Source: a phage. From it: 64,000 nt of DNA. Where the stretch lies: the NCBI GenBank assembly GCA_037431425.1, contig GCA_037431425.1_4129.2; one strand, 5' to 3'. This document shows positions 40,047-49,087 of this stretch, in pieces. Every line of letters starts with the position of its first letter. Position 1 is the first letter of the stretch. The notes under the pieces are model-generated. The model had not been told where the DNA came from and did no database searches. It saw only the letters and a program-made list of their open reading frames with translations. Made by a program: the position numbers and the translations under genes.

Positions 40047-40076
40047 TTGAGACAACTTTGAAGTTTGTGCTATAAT
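40047..40076 (+). promoter_or_regulatory. sigma70-type promoter TTGAGA-18-TGcTATAAT driving the plus-strand non-coding region
   Basis: -35 TTGAGA 40047-40052, 18-nt spacer, extended -10 TGcTATAAT 40068-40076; no protein-coding gene downstream on this strand. Confidence 0.5.
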
Positions 40077-40082
40077 GTTTGA

Positions 40083-40550
40083 TGTAGTAATGACAATCCT
40101 GTTGAATGCAGAAATGCATATAAATTAGAACCTGATCCTATCGAAAATGTAGATGGCAGATGAGCAGTTCAACAGTGCGATGAGCAGAAGAAACCCGTCA
40201 GAAGTGGGCATAGTTTGAACCCCTCACGGCAATGCGGCTCAATAAAGAACTCCGATAAGCATACAGAGAGTTCCTAGATAGACATATAAGGAATCACACC
40301 TTACCAGATTTGCTAAGGGAGTTTATTAATTGATTTTAATAAACAGCCTGAAGTTTGATTGTATAGACTTTCAGGTGAGTGCTGGGATGAAAAGACCAGT
40401 GACCGTTGCATATGACCGTGATAGGGAGAAACAGAGCAACCCGCTTCCGTTTGTGATTGATCATTTTACAATATAGATCCGTCCAAAATTCACGATACAA
40501 TAAATGCTGAAACCATCAGCGTCAAGAAGAGACTTAATTGTCTCTTTTTT
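40083..40550 (+). ncRNA. candidate structured non-coding RNA of unknown class (~470 nt)
   Basis: Bounded by the promoter above and an intrinsic terminator at 40527-40553; interior ~50% GC versus ~35% background; stops in all frames; local hairpins such as CCTGAA (40347-40352) pairing with TTCAGG (40370-40375). Confidence 0.4.
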
Positions 40551-40553
40551 ATT
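40527..40553 (+). terminator. intrinsic terminator ending the candidate RNA
   Basis: Perfect 7-bp stem AAGAGAC / GTCTCTT with 6-nt loop ttaatt, followed by TTTTTTATT. Confidence 0.7.
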
Positions 40554-40762
40554 ACTTTCATTCCCCTGCGGGGGGATGAAAATGTCCTCAACAAATCCCG
40601 TCAAGTTTTAAATCTTTAAAAGTTCTTTCTAAATTAATTTAATGAAATGAATATGAGTTACGTAGTAACGAATATTCTTCAGGTAACGAATGAAATGAGT
40701 TAGCTGAATCCAATATATTAAAATTAATCTTTCATAATTCAATTCAAATAATTCTGTAGTTT

Positions 40763-40796
40763 AAAAAAACAAAAAAAACCAGCAACAATGTGCTGG
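40763..40796 (-). terminator. intrinsic terminator for the minus-strand operon ending at 40809
   Basis: CCAGCA-acaatg-TGCTGG stem; on the minus strand it is followed by a long U-run (plus-strand A-run 40763-40778). Confidence 0.65.
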
Positions 40797-40808
40797 TAAT
40801 TATGTGAT

Positions 40809-41018
40809 TTAGTGCTTCTCGTTTTGTTTTTTAATTTTCTTATTAAAAGACTTAACTAATAAGTCTCTATCTATTAAAGGCATATTAAGAAGTGTTCCAT
40901 AGTCAATATTATCCATATAAACAGAACACTCCATTAGTGCTTGTTTGATTTCTGACTTATTCAGTTCTATCTCCCTTATGACTTCTTGTATTTCTTCAGG
41001 AGTTGACTGGAGAAGCAT
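40809..41018 (-). CDS. hypothetical small protein (69 aa)
   Basis: TAATG stop/start overlap with upstream gene suggests translational coupling; charged, probably helical. Confidence 0.4.
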   Translation of the reverse strand: MLLQSTPEEIQEVIREIELNKSEIKQALMECSVYMDNIDYGTLLNMPLIDRDLLVKSFNKKIKKQNEKH

Positions 41019-41854
41019 TACTCGAAAAAATGACTAGGATCATATTTTAGTCCATCAATTTCCCATTGATGATTACAGTTACTACATTCAACTTCCATAG
41101 TATGGGAGACACCAATCTCAAGTACTTCATCCATTTTTTCACGAATTAGTTTAAGAACTCCCTTCGATTGTTGACCGAGCCATTCATTAATAAATTCCTT
41201 TTCAACTACTTCATCACCGTCTGGTGTTATAATTTTTGCAATAACTCCACCAATCATATCAAAATTAAGTTGAGCCATACTTTCAAAAACTTCTGAAAAT
41301 ATTTTTACTTTTTCATCCTTGTCAATATCAGCAGTTTCAAGAAACTTGGTTTTTTGTTGTTCGTTGAACATGCGTTCTGCAAAAGATGAATATTCTTTCC
41401 ATGTAAGTGGTTTAAATTCCAAACGTAGACCGTTATCCAAATCAACAGAAGGAATTTCACTAAATGATTTCGCAGTTTCAAGTAGATATGATAGATTACG
41501 CTCAAAGCGTCCCTCTTTTTCACATTCAGGACATACTACGTTAATGTCATATGTTTCTTCTTTCGAAGCAACTTTAATTGCAATAAGAAGCATTTCAACA
41601 TCATTTACATATAGTTCATCTGCATCAATTACATTCGGAACACAGTTCTCAATCACACGTGATACTGCATCACCATTTAGTAGCATATCTGGTGTATTCA
41701 GTGTCATTTCATCACGTGCACTACGTGCACAAACTCCGCACTTGACACCTTTTGGTCCTAGTACTCCATCTTTATAAGGAATAACACCGTTTGTAACCAA
41801 CTTAGTACTGATCTCTTCAATTTTAGTGTACTTAGCAAGTGGATTCATAGCCAT
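41018..41854 (-). CDS. hypothetical Cys-rich protein with three CxxC pairs (possible zinc-binding)
   Basis: CGVC, CPEC and CSNC motifs; start moved to ATG 41854 (MAMNPLAKY..., GGAG ~10 nt upstream); the 35 extra N-terminal codons in the track ORF look like translated AT-rich spacer. Confidence 0.5.
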   Translation of the reverse strand: MAMNPLAKYTKIEEISTKLVTNGVIPYKDGVLGPKGVKCGVCARSARDEMTLNTPDMLLNGDAVSRVIENCVPNVIDADELYVNDVEMLLIAIKVASKEETYDINVVCPECEKEGRFERNLSYLLETAKSFSEIPSVDLDNGLRLEFKPLTWKEYSSFAERMFNEQQKTKFLETADIDKDEKVKIFSEVFESMAQLNFDMIGGVIAKIITPDGDEVVEKEFINEWLGQQSKGVLKLIREKMDEVLEIGVSHTMEVECSNCNHQWEIDGLKYDPSHFFE

Positions 41855-41977
41855 TTTGTTAAATCTCCATGTAATAAATGTGTTTATAGTATTTATAATA
41901 CTAAAATCAAACAATTTTTTTATATTATATATAGTTTCATAAATATTTCTATAATACATCTATTAAAAGGGAATGTT

Positions 41978-44179
41978 ATGGCTGGAAATACAAGTGATTA
42001 CCTACTACAACAGTTGGTTAATCAAACTAAAGATAACAATGATAGCTTGAGTGCTATACGTGAGTTATTGGCTGAAAATATAAAAAATGACAGAAAGAAA
42101 TCCGGTTCTAAAAGTAGAAAACATAACGAAAGAACTTCATCTGGTTCTGGGAATCGTGGTTCTAAAGCTAATAATGTAGATGGTGGTAAAGAATTTGGTA
42201 AAATATTCAAATCATTATCATCTGAAGTATCAAATGTTGGAAAAACAATGATGAGTACATCTGCTAACGTCAGCAACGTTGTCAATTCACTGGGAATGAG
42301 TGCATCTTCATTTGCTGGTTCATTGGCAATGATTCCTGGGCCAGTTGGTGCAGCCGCAACTGCTTTTAAAATGGTCGCTGACGTTGGTATGGCAGTATAT
42401 AATGTATTAAATGCACAACTTGAAGTTTATAATAGAATAAACAGTGCTGGTGTTGCCCTATCTGAAGGATATGGTTCCATATTAAAAGGTGCAGGTGCAT
42501 CAATGATGAGTGTTGATGCATTTGGTGAAGCATTACAAACACATAGTTCTGTTGTTGCACAATTGGATGGAGCATATGGTGATGGTGTATCCACATTTGG
42601 TAAATTATTGGGTACTGTACAACAGGCACAAAATCAATTGGGTTTATATGGAGTTTCACAAAAAACACTAACTGATTTAACTGCACGTAATATTAAATTC
42701 CAAAAGCAATTTGGTGGAAGAGAAATGTTACGTAGTATGGATCAAGCAAAAAGTACTGAACAGTTTATCATGAGCATGACTAAGTTCAGTAAAAGTATGG
42801 GTGAGTCGGTTGATGCACTATTAAATAAAACACAAAACTTAGATAAATCATTAGATACACGTTCAATGCAAATAGCATTACAGAACTATTCTGGGCTATC
42901 AGGTAAAGCAGCAGTCGAAACGTCAAAAGCATTTAACGAAGCTGCTGCGAGTATGGGTGATGCTGGTGCAGATTTCCTACGTTTAATTTCACATCGTTTA
43001 ACCATTGGTGGTGTACCAGATGATTTATTGACTCCAGTACTTAATCAATTTGCTGACTTAGGTGAGAACTTGGTACGTAGTGGTGTTACTGATTCGCAAG
43101 AAATTCGCCGCCAGCAGATAGAATTTGTTAAAAAGAACAAAGAATTAATAAAGCAAGATTTATTACATCAGATTAATTTAGGAAACACTACTGCTGCAAT
43201 CTTCAACCAACAACTACTCGATATGGAAGCTGCGATAAACGATCCTAAGAGTCAACCAGCAGATAAATTAACACAATTCACTGATAGATTCAACAGATGG
43301 ATTAGTAAAGAGTTTACTGGACCATTTAATAAAATGTATGCAGATACACAAAATTCTATTGCGGATTACCTTACTGATATTGCTGATAGTACTGATGGTG
43401 CATGGGAATTCATCGGAAAGTTAGCACTTGATGGTTTTGGTTTGGTTCCTATTGCGAAAGATGCCGTTGTGTATTTGGATAGGATCGGTGGTGAGTTTGA
43501 GCAGTGGTTAGAAGGGTTAGGTACTGAAATTTTTGGTAGTGGATATAATAAAGTTTCAGAAGCATTCAATAGTTTTATGAATAACTTAATGGATTTACCT
43601 GGAAAACTATGGGATTCTGTAAAAGGTTGGTTTGGTGGTTCGAAAGATAAACCAAAAGTTGATAATAATTCAGTCACCGATGGAGTAGAAAAAGTTAATA
43701 GCTACTTCGAAGATAAAATGAATTCATTTGGGGATTATATTTCCAATTCATTTGACCATTTTTTGAAATGGAATTCAAGTAGGAACTTTAAACAACCTAA
43801 ACCACTTGATGGTTCAGTTGCAGAAAAACTTATTGGTACTGGTATTGATAGTAAACCCACAACAACTACTAGAATCGAAAAATCTGAACACGTTGCTCCG
43901 TATGTTACCATTACACCAAAAACTTTTGATAAGTCAGCATGGGGACCGAATGAACCGCCAGTTCAAGCTCAACCGGACGATAATGAGGCTATGAAAGCGA
44001 TGATAAATAATGGTAGTAGTATGGCAAATATTAATAATAATGCCACAATATCAGAAGATATGAAAGAGTTACTTAAAAAACTTGCTGATGTTAACGAGCA
44101 ATCACTATCTGCTGTACAACAGACAAATAACTATCTAAGAACTATCTCTGAAAACACTCAAGGTGAGAGAAACAGTTAA
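41978..44179 (+). CDS. hypothetical Ala/Gly/Ser-rich protein (733 aa), possibly tape-measure-like or internal virion protein
   Basis: Low-complexity Ala/Ser/Gly-rich, predicted helical; ATAAATAT late-type motif upstream; directly precedes portal gene. The tape-measure suggestion rests on composition and position only. Confidence 0.55.
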   Translation: MAGNTSDYLLQQLVNQTKDNNDSLSAIRELLAENIKNDRKKSGSKSRKHNERTSSGSGNRGSKANNVDGGKEFGKIFKSLSSEVSNVGKTMMSTSANVSNVVNSLGMSASSFAGSLAMIPGPVGAAATAFKMVADVGMAVYNVLNAQLEVYNRINSAGVALSEGYGSILKGAGASMMSVDAFGEALQTHSSVVAQLDGAYGDGVSTFGKLLGTVQQAQNQLGLYGVSQKTLTDLTARNIKFQKQFGGREMLRSMDQAKSTEQFIMSMTKFSKSMGESVDALLNKTQNLDKSLDTRSMQIALQNYSGLSGKAAVETSKAFNEAAASMGDAGADFLRLISHRLTIGGVPDDLLTPVLNQFADLGENLVRSGVTDSQEIRRQQIEFVKKNKELIKQDLLHQINLGNTTAAIFNQQLLDMEAAINDPKSQPADKLTQFTDRFNRWISKEFTGPFNKMYADTQNSIADYLTDIADSTDGAWEFIGKLALDGFGLVPIAKDAVVYLDRIGGEFEQWLEGLGTEIFGSGYNKVSEAFNSFMNNLMDLPGKLWDSVKGWFGGSKDKPKVDNNSVTDGVEKVNSYFEDKMNSFGDYISNSFDHFLKWNSSRNFKQPKPLDGSVAEKLIGTGIDSKPTTTTRIEKSEHVAPYVTITPKTFDKSAWGPNEPPVQAQPDDNEAMKAMINNGSSMANINNNATISEDMKELLKKLADVNEQSLSAVQQTNNYLRTISENTQGERNS

Positions 44180-44190
44180 GGACGAAAATA

Positions 44191-45930
44191 ATGAGTTGGA
44201 AACGACATATGACAATGGGAAGGTCTAAATTATCGACCATCCCAAATCAGTCCAGTAATAGCAATAAATCAACGGGAACTAAAACAAATTTCGCTTCCTA
44301 TCTACCAGTTGTATATAATGGATTGGCAAATCGCACTGAACGTTATAGTCAGTACGAGCAAATGGACCAAGACCCTGAAATTAGAACTGCATTAAATATC
44401 ATTGCTGACTTCTGTACACAAAGTACTGAAGACTATGGTTTGCCATATAAAATTAAATACAAAGATGATATTGGTGATACAGAAGTAACTACAATTGAAG
44501 ACCGTTTGGATGCTTGGACTGAACAAAATGATTTTAAAACACGAATGTATGAAATTGTACGTGGTCTTCTTAAATATGGCGACCAGTTTTTTATTCGTGA
44601 CCCAGAAACATTTGATTGGTATTGGGTGAGTCCAAAAAACGTTGAACAAGTGTTTGTTAACGAAGCTACTGGAAAAACACCAGTAATTTATTACATACGA
44701 GATGTGTCATTGAACCTGAAAGATAAGGTTTTTAGTAACCTACAAGTAGGATTTGATAAAACAGCTTATCCTGGTGCGATCCCTACAACAATGGGTGGGG
44801 GTGGTTCAGTAGCTGCGGGTGGTGCGTCTGGATTTACCAGCCAAGGAAATACTGCTGACCCATTCAGTACTAATGGACAATTGGACGTTATTCCTGTTGG
44901 TGCAGAACACGTAATTCATCTAACACTAAATACAGGACAAGATGGGGTATGGCCTTTTGGAACAAGTATACTTGAGGACGTATTTAAAGTCTATAAGCAA
45001 AAAGAACTTCTGGAAGATAGTATTATAATTTATCGCGTACAACGTGCACCGGAACGTCGTGTGTTTAAAATTGATGTTGGTGATATGCAAGCACACCAAG
45101 CAATGGCTTATGTGGAAAGATTTAAAAATGAAATCCACCAGCGTAGAATACCTTCGAACAAAGGTGGAAGCACTTCATTGATGGATGCTGCATATAATCC
45201 ATTAAGCATTTTAGAAGATTACTTTTTTCCACAAACTTCCGAAGGTCGTGGTTCTGATGTCCAAACACTACCTGGTGGTGATAACTTGGGACAAATTGAT
45301 GACTTACGTTATTTTAATAATAAATTGATTCGTGGTCTTCAAATACCAGCTTCATATCTACCACAAGGTCCAGATGATGGCGGTGTTTCGCTATTTGGTG
45401 ATGGTGCTACACAAGCTATGGCAAGTGAATTGCGATTCAATAATCAATGTATGCGTTATCAGCGTTTGGTTGCAAAACACTTTGATGCTGAGTTTAAAAG
45501 ATTTATGGTTAAAAATGGTTATAATATTAGTACTTCATCTTTTGAGGTTATAATGAATCCACCTATTAACTTGGCTTCTTATCGTAAAGCAGAGTTGGAT
45601 GCTAAATTGATTAACACCTATCTTCCTCTTAATGATTTGCCTTATATGGCTAAACAAACAATTCTTGAAAAAATGGGATTTTCTAAATCTGATATTGTCA
45701 AGAATGAACAATTGTGGTTACAAGAAAATCCACAAGATGGTTCTCAACCTACTGGTGATGAAGAAGAATCAGCAGGTTTGCAGTCTGTTGGTATTGACGC
45801 ACCAAATGACCCTGGAATGGATCTTGGTATTGATAGCGATGGTAATTTGGAAAGTGCTGATGCAGAATATCAAGAACAACAAAGTGGAAGTGACGGTTTC
45901 GACCCGAATAATTTAGGCAATTCTTTTTAA
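44191..45930 (+). CDS. 20: portal protein, gp20-like
   Basis: LLEDSIIIYRVQRAPERRVFKIDVGDM and SDVQTLPGGDNLGQIDDLRYF parallel T4 gp20 [27 protein letters not shown] / [21 protein letters not shown] as recalled; position upstream of gp21-22-23. Confidence 0.8.
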   Translation: MSWKRHMTMGRSKLSTIPNQSSNSNKSTGTKTNFASYLPVVYNGLANRTERYSQYEQMDQDPEIRTALNIIADFCTQSTEDYGLPYKIKYKDDIGDTEVTTIEDRLDAWTEQNDFKTRMYEIVRGLLKYGDQFFIRDPETFDWYWVSPKNVEQVFVNEATGKTPVIYYIRDVSLNLKDKVFSNLQVGFDKTAYPGAIPTTMGGGGSVAAGGASGFTSQGNTADPFSTNGQLDVIPVGAEHVIHLTLNTGQDGVWPFGTSILEDVFKVYKQKELLEDSIIIYRVQRAPERRVFKIDVGDMQAHQAMAYVERFKNEIHQRRIPSNKGGSTSLMDAAYNPLSILEDYFFPQTSEGRGSDVQTLPGGDNLGQIDDLRYFNNKLIRGLQIPASYLPQGPDDGGVSLFGDGATQAMASELRFNNQCMRYQRLVAKHFDAEFKRFMVKNGYNISTSSFEVIMNPPINLASYRKAELDAKLINTYLPLNDLPYMAKQTILEKMGFSKSDIVKNEQLWLQENPQDGSQPTGDEEESAGLQSVGIDAPNDPGMDLGIDSDGNLESADAEYQEQQSGSDGFDPNNLGNSF

Positions 45931-46003
45931 ACATAAATAATATTGTATAAAAGTGAGGGTGAAATTAAACCCTCATTTATAATGCATATTTCAAGGAGAT
46001 TGA

Positions 46004-46231
46004 ATGTTAAAGGACATCTTTGAATCTAGCAGTGATTCAATGTACGACCCTGAAGATGATCAGAACGTATATAAAATTACTGATTCCAGAAAACCGAAAC
46101 TGACATTACAAGTACTAAACAATTTAAGAAAGTATCGTGAATTTAAAGCACATGAAGAACAACGCCGCAAAAATGTGGTTGCAGTTGTTTATGCCGCTGC
46201 ACCATCTGGTGACGGTTCTGGACTAATGTAA
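46004..46231 (+). CDS. small hypothetical protein, possible prohead core component (gp67/68 position)
   Basis: 75-aa ORF with AGGAG SD 6 nt upstream; lies between portal and protease genes. Confidence 0.45.
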   Translation: MLKDIFESSSDSMYDPEDDQNVYKITDSRKPKLTLQVLNNLRKYREFKAHEEQRRKNVVAVVYAAAPSGDGSGLM

Positions 46232-46333
46232 GTTAAAAAATCGCACTTTTTGAAGCTTTTAAAAAAGGCGATTTTATTCAGTACTAAATAATATCATACT
46301 TTATACGAATATAATATATCTATGGAGGATATA

Positions 46334-47170
46334 ATGGCGAATTTAAAACTACTACAAGAAGCAATTGCGGCGTTTGCAAATGGCGAGCAAGATATTGCTG
46401 ATAAAAAAATGCGTAAGTATTTTGTTGAACAAGCACAAGAAATTAACAAAAAGCTAGAAGAAAGCATGGAAGACGAAGAAAGCATTGAAGATGAAGACGT
46501 CGAAGATGAAGAAAAGCTTGATGAAGATTTTGACGTACAACCAGATGCAGGTCTTAATGCAGAAATCCAATACACCCTTGGTGAAGAAGATGAAAGTGCA
46601 GAAGACGAAGTTGAGATTTCTGCTGATGCAGATGCCGATGGTGAAGATGATGTTGATGTTGATGTAAAAGCAGATGCTGAAGTTCCTTCTGAAGATCAAT
46701 GGGAATCAATTCAAGATGCTTTCCGTGGTCTACAGCAAATGTTTGATGAAATTGGTGATGGTGAAGTTGACCTAGACTCCGATGAAGAAGTCGAAGATAG
46801 TGAAGAAGAAGTTGGTGTTGATGGTGATGATGAATTCGCTGATATTGAATTTGGTGATGAAAAAATCGGTGAATCATTCAAACTAGAAAAAGTTGCACCA
46901 GTTGATAAGAAAGAAAAAGCAGGAACTCATACTAAATCACCAGTTGCACCAGAAGCTAAATCACCAGTAGATGGTGTAGAACCAGTTAAATTCGCTAAGA
47001 AAACTGATCAAGCACCACTAGTTGATCTTGATGATAAATCTGTTCTACCAAAAGATAATCTAGATCTTGGTAAAAACGCTCGTGGTGAAATGAAAGATGT
47101 CAAAGAACCAAAAACTACTGCATCTAAGTCCAAATCACCACTAAGCAAAGCACAACCTAAACTAAAATAA
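46334..47170 (+). CDS. highly acidic Asp/Glu-rich protein, probable prohead core/scaffold-type protein
   Basis: Long DE-rich low-complexity stretches (EDEESIEDEDVEDEEKLDEDFD...); start set at ATG 46334 with GGAGG SD 5 nt upstream (track ORF starts at 46322 without SD). Confidence 0.5.
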   Translation: MANLKLLQEAIAAFANGEQDIADKKMRKYFVEQAQEINKKLEESMEDEESIEDEDVEDEEKLDEDFDVQPDAGLNAEIQYTLGEEDESAEDEVEISADADADGEDDVDVDVKADAEVPSEDQWESIQDAFRGLQQMFDEIGDGEVDLDSDEEVEDSEEEVGVDGDDEFADIEFGDEKIGESFKLEKVAPVDKKEKAGTHTKSPVAPEAKSPVDGVEPVKFAKKTDQAPLVDLDDKSVLPKDNLDLGKNARGEMKDVKEPKTTASKSKSPLSKAQPKLK

Positions 47171-47190
47171 ATATCTGAAAGGAGATCATT

Positions 47191-47814
47191 ATGAGTAGTA
47201 TGATTCGTGAATGGTCTTCATTCAATGATTCTAAAGTTGTTTTGGAACATCGTGATAATGGATTTGGTGGGCGTGATTGCTATCTTCGTGGCATTGCTAT
47301 TCAAGCTGACCAACGAAATTTGAACGAGAGAATTTACCCTTTATCTGAAATTACAAGGGCAGTAAATAACATGAACCAGCGTTTAGCTAAAGGTGAAAGC
47401 ATTCTTGTTGAATGTGACCATCCAGAAACATTAACTATTAATCTGGACCGAGTAGCAGCAATGATTACTAAGGTTTGGATGGAAGGTGCTAATGGTATGG
47501 CAGAAATCAAATTACTTGATACTGCACATGGTCAAAATATCCGTAAAATGCTAGAGGCTGGTGTGAAACTTGGTGTAAGTTCTCGCGGTTCCGGTAACGT
47601 TGATTATAATGGAATAGTTTCTGATTTTGAAATTATCACTATTGATATTGTTGCTCAACCTAGTGCTCCAGAAGCATACCCAACAGCGGTATTTGAATCT
47701 CTGATGAGTAAGTACGGATCACCTTGTAAAAGTTCTAAAAAAATCACTGAATCTAAAAAGGTAAATAACTTAGATTCTGAAATATACGATTTTTTCAAGA
47801 AATTAAAAGGTTAA
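47191..47814 (+). CDS. 21: prohead core protease, gp21-like
   Basis: ECDHPETLTINLDR, GVSSRGSGNVD and DIVAQPSAPEAYP parallel T4 gp21 ECDHPSDLKINLDR / GVSSRGSGTVD / DIVSNPSAPDAYP as recalled. Confidence 0.8.
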   Translation: MSSMIREWSSFNDSKVVLEHRDNGFGGRDCYLRGIAIQADQRNLNERIYPLSEITRAVNNMNQRLAKGESILVECDHPETLTINLDRVAAMITKVWMEGANGMAEIKLLDTAHGQNIRKMLEAGVKLGVSSRGSGNVDYNGIVSDFEIITIDIVAQPSAPEAYPTAVFESLMSKYGSPCKSSKKITESKKVNNLDSEIYDFFKKLKG

Positions 47815-47825
47815 CATTTTAAAAA

Positions 47826-47833
47826 TATAAATA
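47826..47833 (+). promoter_or_regulatory. T4-type late promoter TATAAATA upstream of scaffold gene
   Basis: Exact TATAAATA 48 nt upstream of ATG 47881; overlaps an 11-bp inverted repeat (47829-47839 / 47848-47858). Confidence 0.5.
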
Positions 47834-47880
47834 TCTGTATATTGAAGTACAGATATTTCAGTACTTAAAGGAGAGAACGA

Positions 47881-48996
47881 ATGTCTAAATTAGAAAAGCT
47901 TCTAAAAGAATCATCTCTTTCTGATGAGGCAAAACAGCTAATTCAGGAAGCATGGAATGAAGAAAAGAATACACTAGCCGCAGAGATGCGTGAAGAAATG
48001 AAAGGTCGTTACCAGCAAGATTTGGCTGAACTAACTGAAGGTTTGAATACTATGGTTACTCAAGTCATTGCTGAAGAAATGGGTGCTGTATATGAAGAGA
48101 AAAAACGTCTTGTAGAAGATCGTGTAACTCTACGTAAAACACTAAGTAATTTCTCTGCGTTTTCAAACTCTGTATTGGCAGAAGAAGTTAAACAAATGCG
48201 TAAAGAACGTAAGCATCTTCATGAATGTATGGGTAAATTTGTTAATTTTTCTAACGGTATCCTAGCAGAAGAGCTAAAAGAATTCCACAATGAAAAACGT
48301 CAACTAGTTGAAACACGTGTAAAACTACTTGCTGAAGGTTCACGTCAAATTGCTGAAGCTCGTAATAACTTCATCAAACGTACATCTGAAAGTGCTGCTA
48401 AATATATTGCAGAGACAACTCAGAAGAATCTATATGCGTTAAAACAAGATCTAGTGGAAGCGAAACAAAATATGTTTGGTCGTAAAATCTTTGAAGCATT
48501 TGCTCAAGAATTTAATGTCAAACAATTCAATGAAAATTCATTGCTACGTTCACTAACTGAAACAATTAAATCTAAAGAAGATGAAATTGATCAAGTTAAG
48601 CAAGAACTACATGAAACTGTTAATGCGGTCAAAGCTGCTAAAACTAAACTACGTATTATGGAAGATGCACAAGCCCGTAATGCGATTATGTCTGAACTAG
48701 TAAAACCACTAACAGCACAGCAAAAACAAATTATGGAATCCCTTCTAGCAACTTCACCTACTGAAAAGCTTAAAGAAGATTTCAATAAGTACCATAAGTC
48801 AGTTCTTAACGGTACTAAAGTAAATGAATCTGCTACCACTCGTCAAGCAGTTCAGTCTTCCGCTAAGAAAACTCTTGCAGAAGGTAAAGTAATCACTGGC
48901 AACCGTCAGGCTATTGTTGAAAGCGAAGAAATGACCGCTGACGATATGGCATTCCTAAAAGAACTTGATGTTCTTTCTGGTATCAATAAAAAATAA
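47881..48996 (+). CDS. 22: prohead scaffold protein, gp22-like
   Basis: 371-aa charged protein with heptad-like coiled-coil character; sits between gp21-like and gp23-like genes. Confidence 0.6.
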   Translation: MSKLEKLLKESSLSDEAKQLIQEAWNEEKNTLAAEMREEMKGRYQQDLAELTEGLNTMVTQVIAEEMGAVYEEKKRLVEDRVTLRKTLSNFSAFSNSVLAEEVKQMRKERKHLHECMGKFVNFSNGILAEELKEFHNEKRQLVETRVKLLAEGSRQIAEARNNFIKRTSESAAKYIAETTQKNLYALKQDLVEAKQNMFGRKIFEAFAQEFNVKQFNENSLLRSLTETIKSKEDEIDQVKQELHETVNAVKAAKTKLRIMEDAQARNAIMSELVKPLTAQQKQIMESLLATSPTEKLKEDFNKYHKSVLNGTKVNESATTRQAVQSSAKKTLAEGKVITGNRQAIVESEEMTADDMAFLKELDVLSGINKK

Positions 48997-49034
48997 ATAT
49001 TTTAAAGCATTTTAATAATCAAATTTTTCAGTTC

Positions 49035-49042
49035 TATAAATA
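49035..49042 (+). promoter_or_regulatory. T4-type late promoter TATAAATA upstream of major capsid gene
   Basis: Exact TATAAATA 46 nt upstream of ATG 49088; AAGGAG SD 7 nt before start. Confidence 0.5.
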
Positions 49043-49087
49043 ATAACATACTGAAAAACGAATATAACATCTTTAAGGAGATATATA

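Noticed and set aside
40083-40550. Naming the candidate RNA as RNase P RNA, a group I intron, tmRNA or tRNA
   Set aside because: Only short local resemblances were seen. I could not find a complete P4 pseudoknot, P7 pairing, tRNA cloverleaf or a CCA-ending acceptor arm by eye, and the locus is not inside a gene as an intron would be. It is reported as class unknown.
41855-41959. Upstream extension of the Cys-rich gene to 41959
   Set aside because: The N-terminal 35 codons look like translated AT-rich spacer; an internal ATG with GGAG upstream at 41854 is more plausible, though the start remains uncertain.
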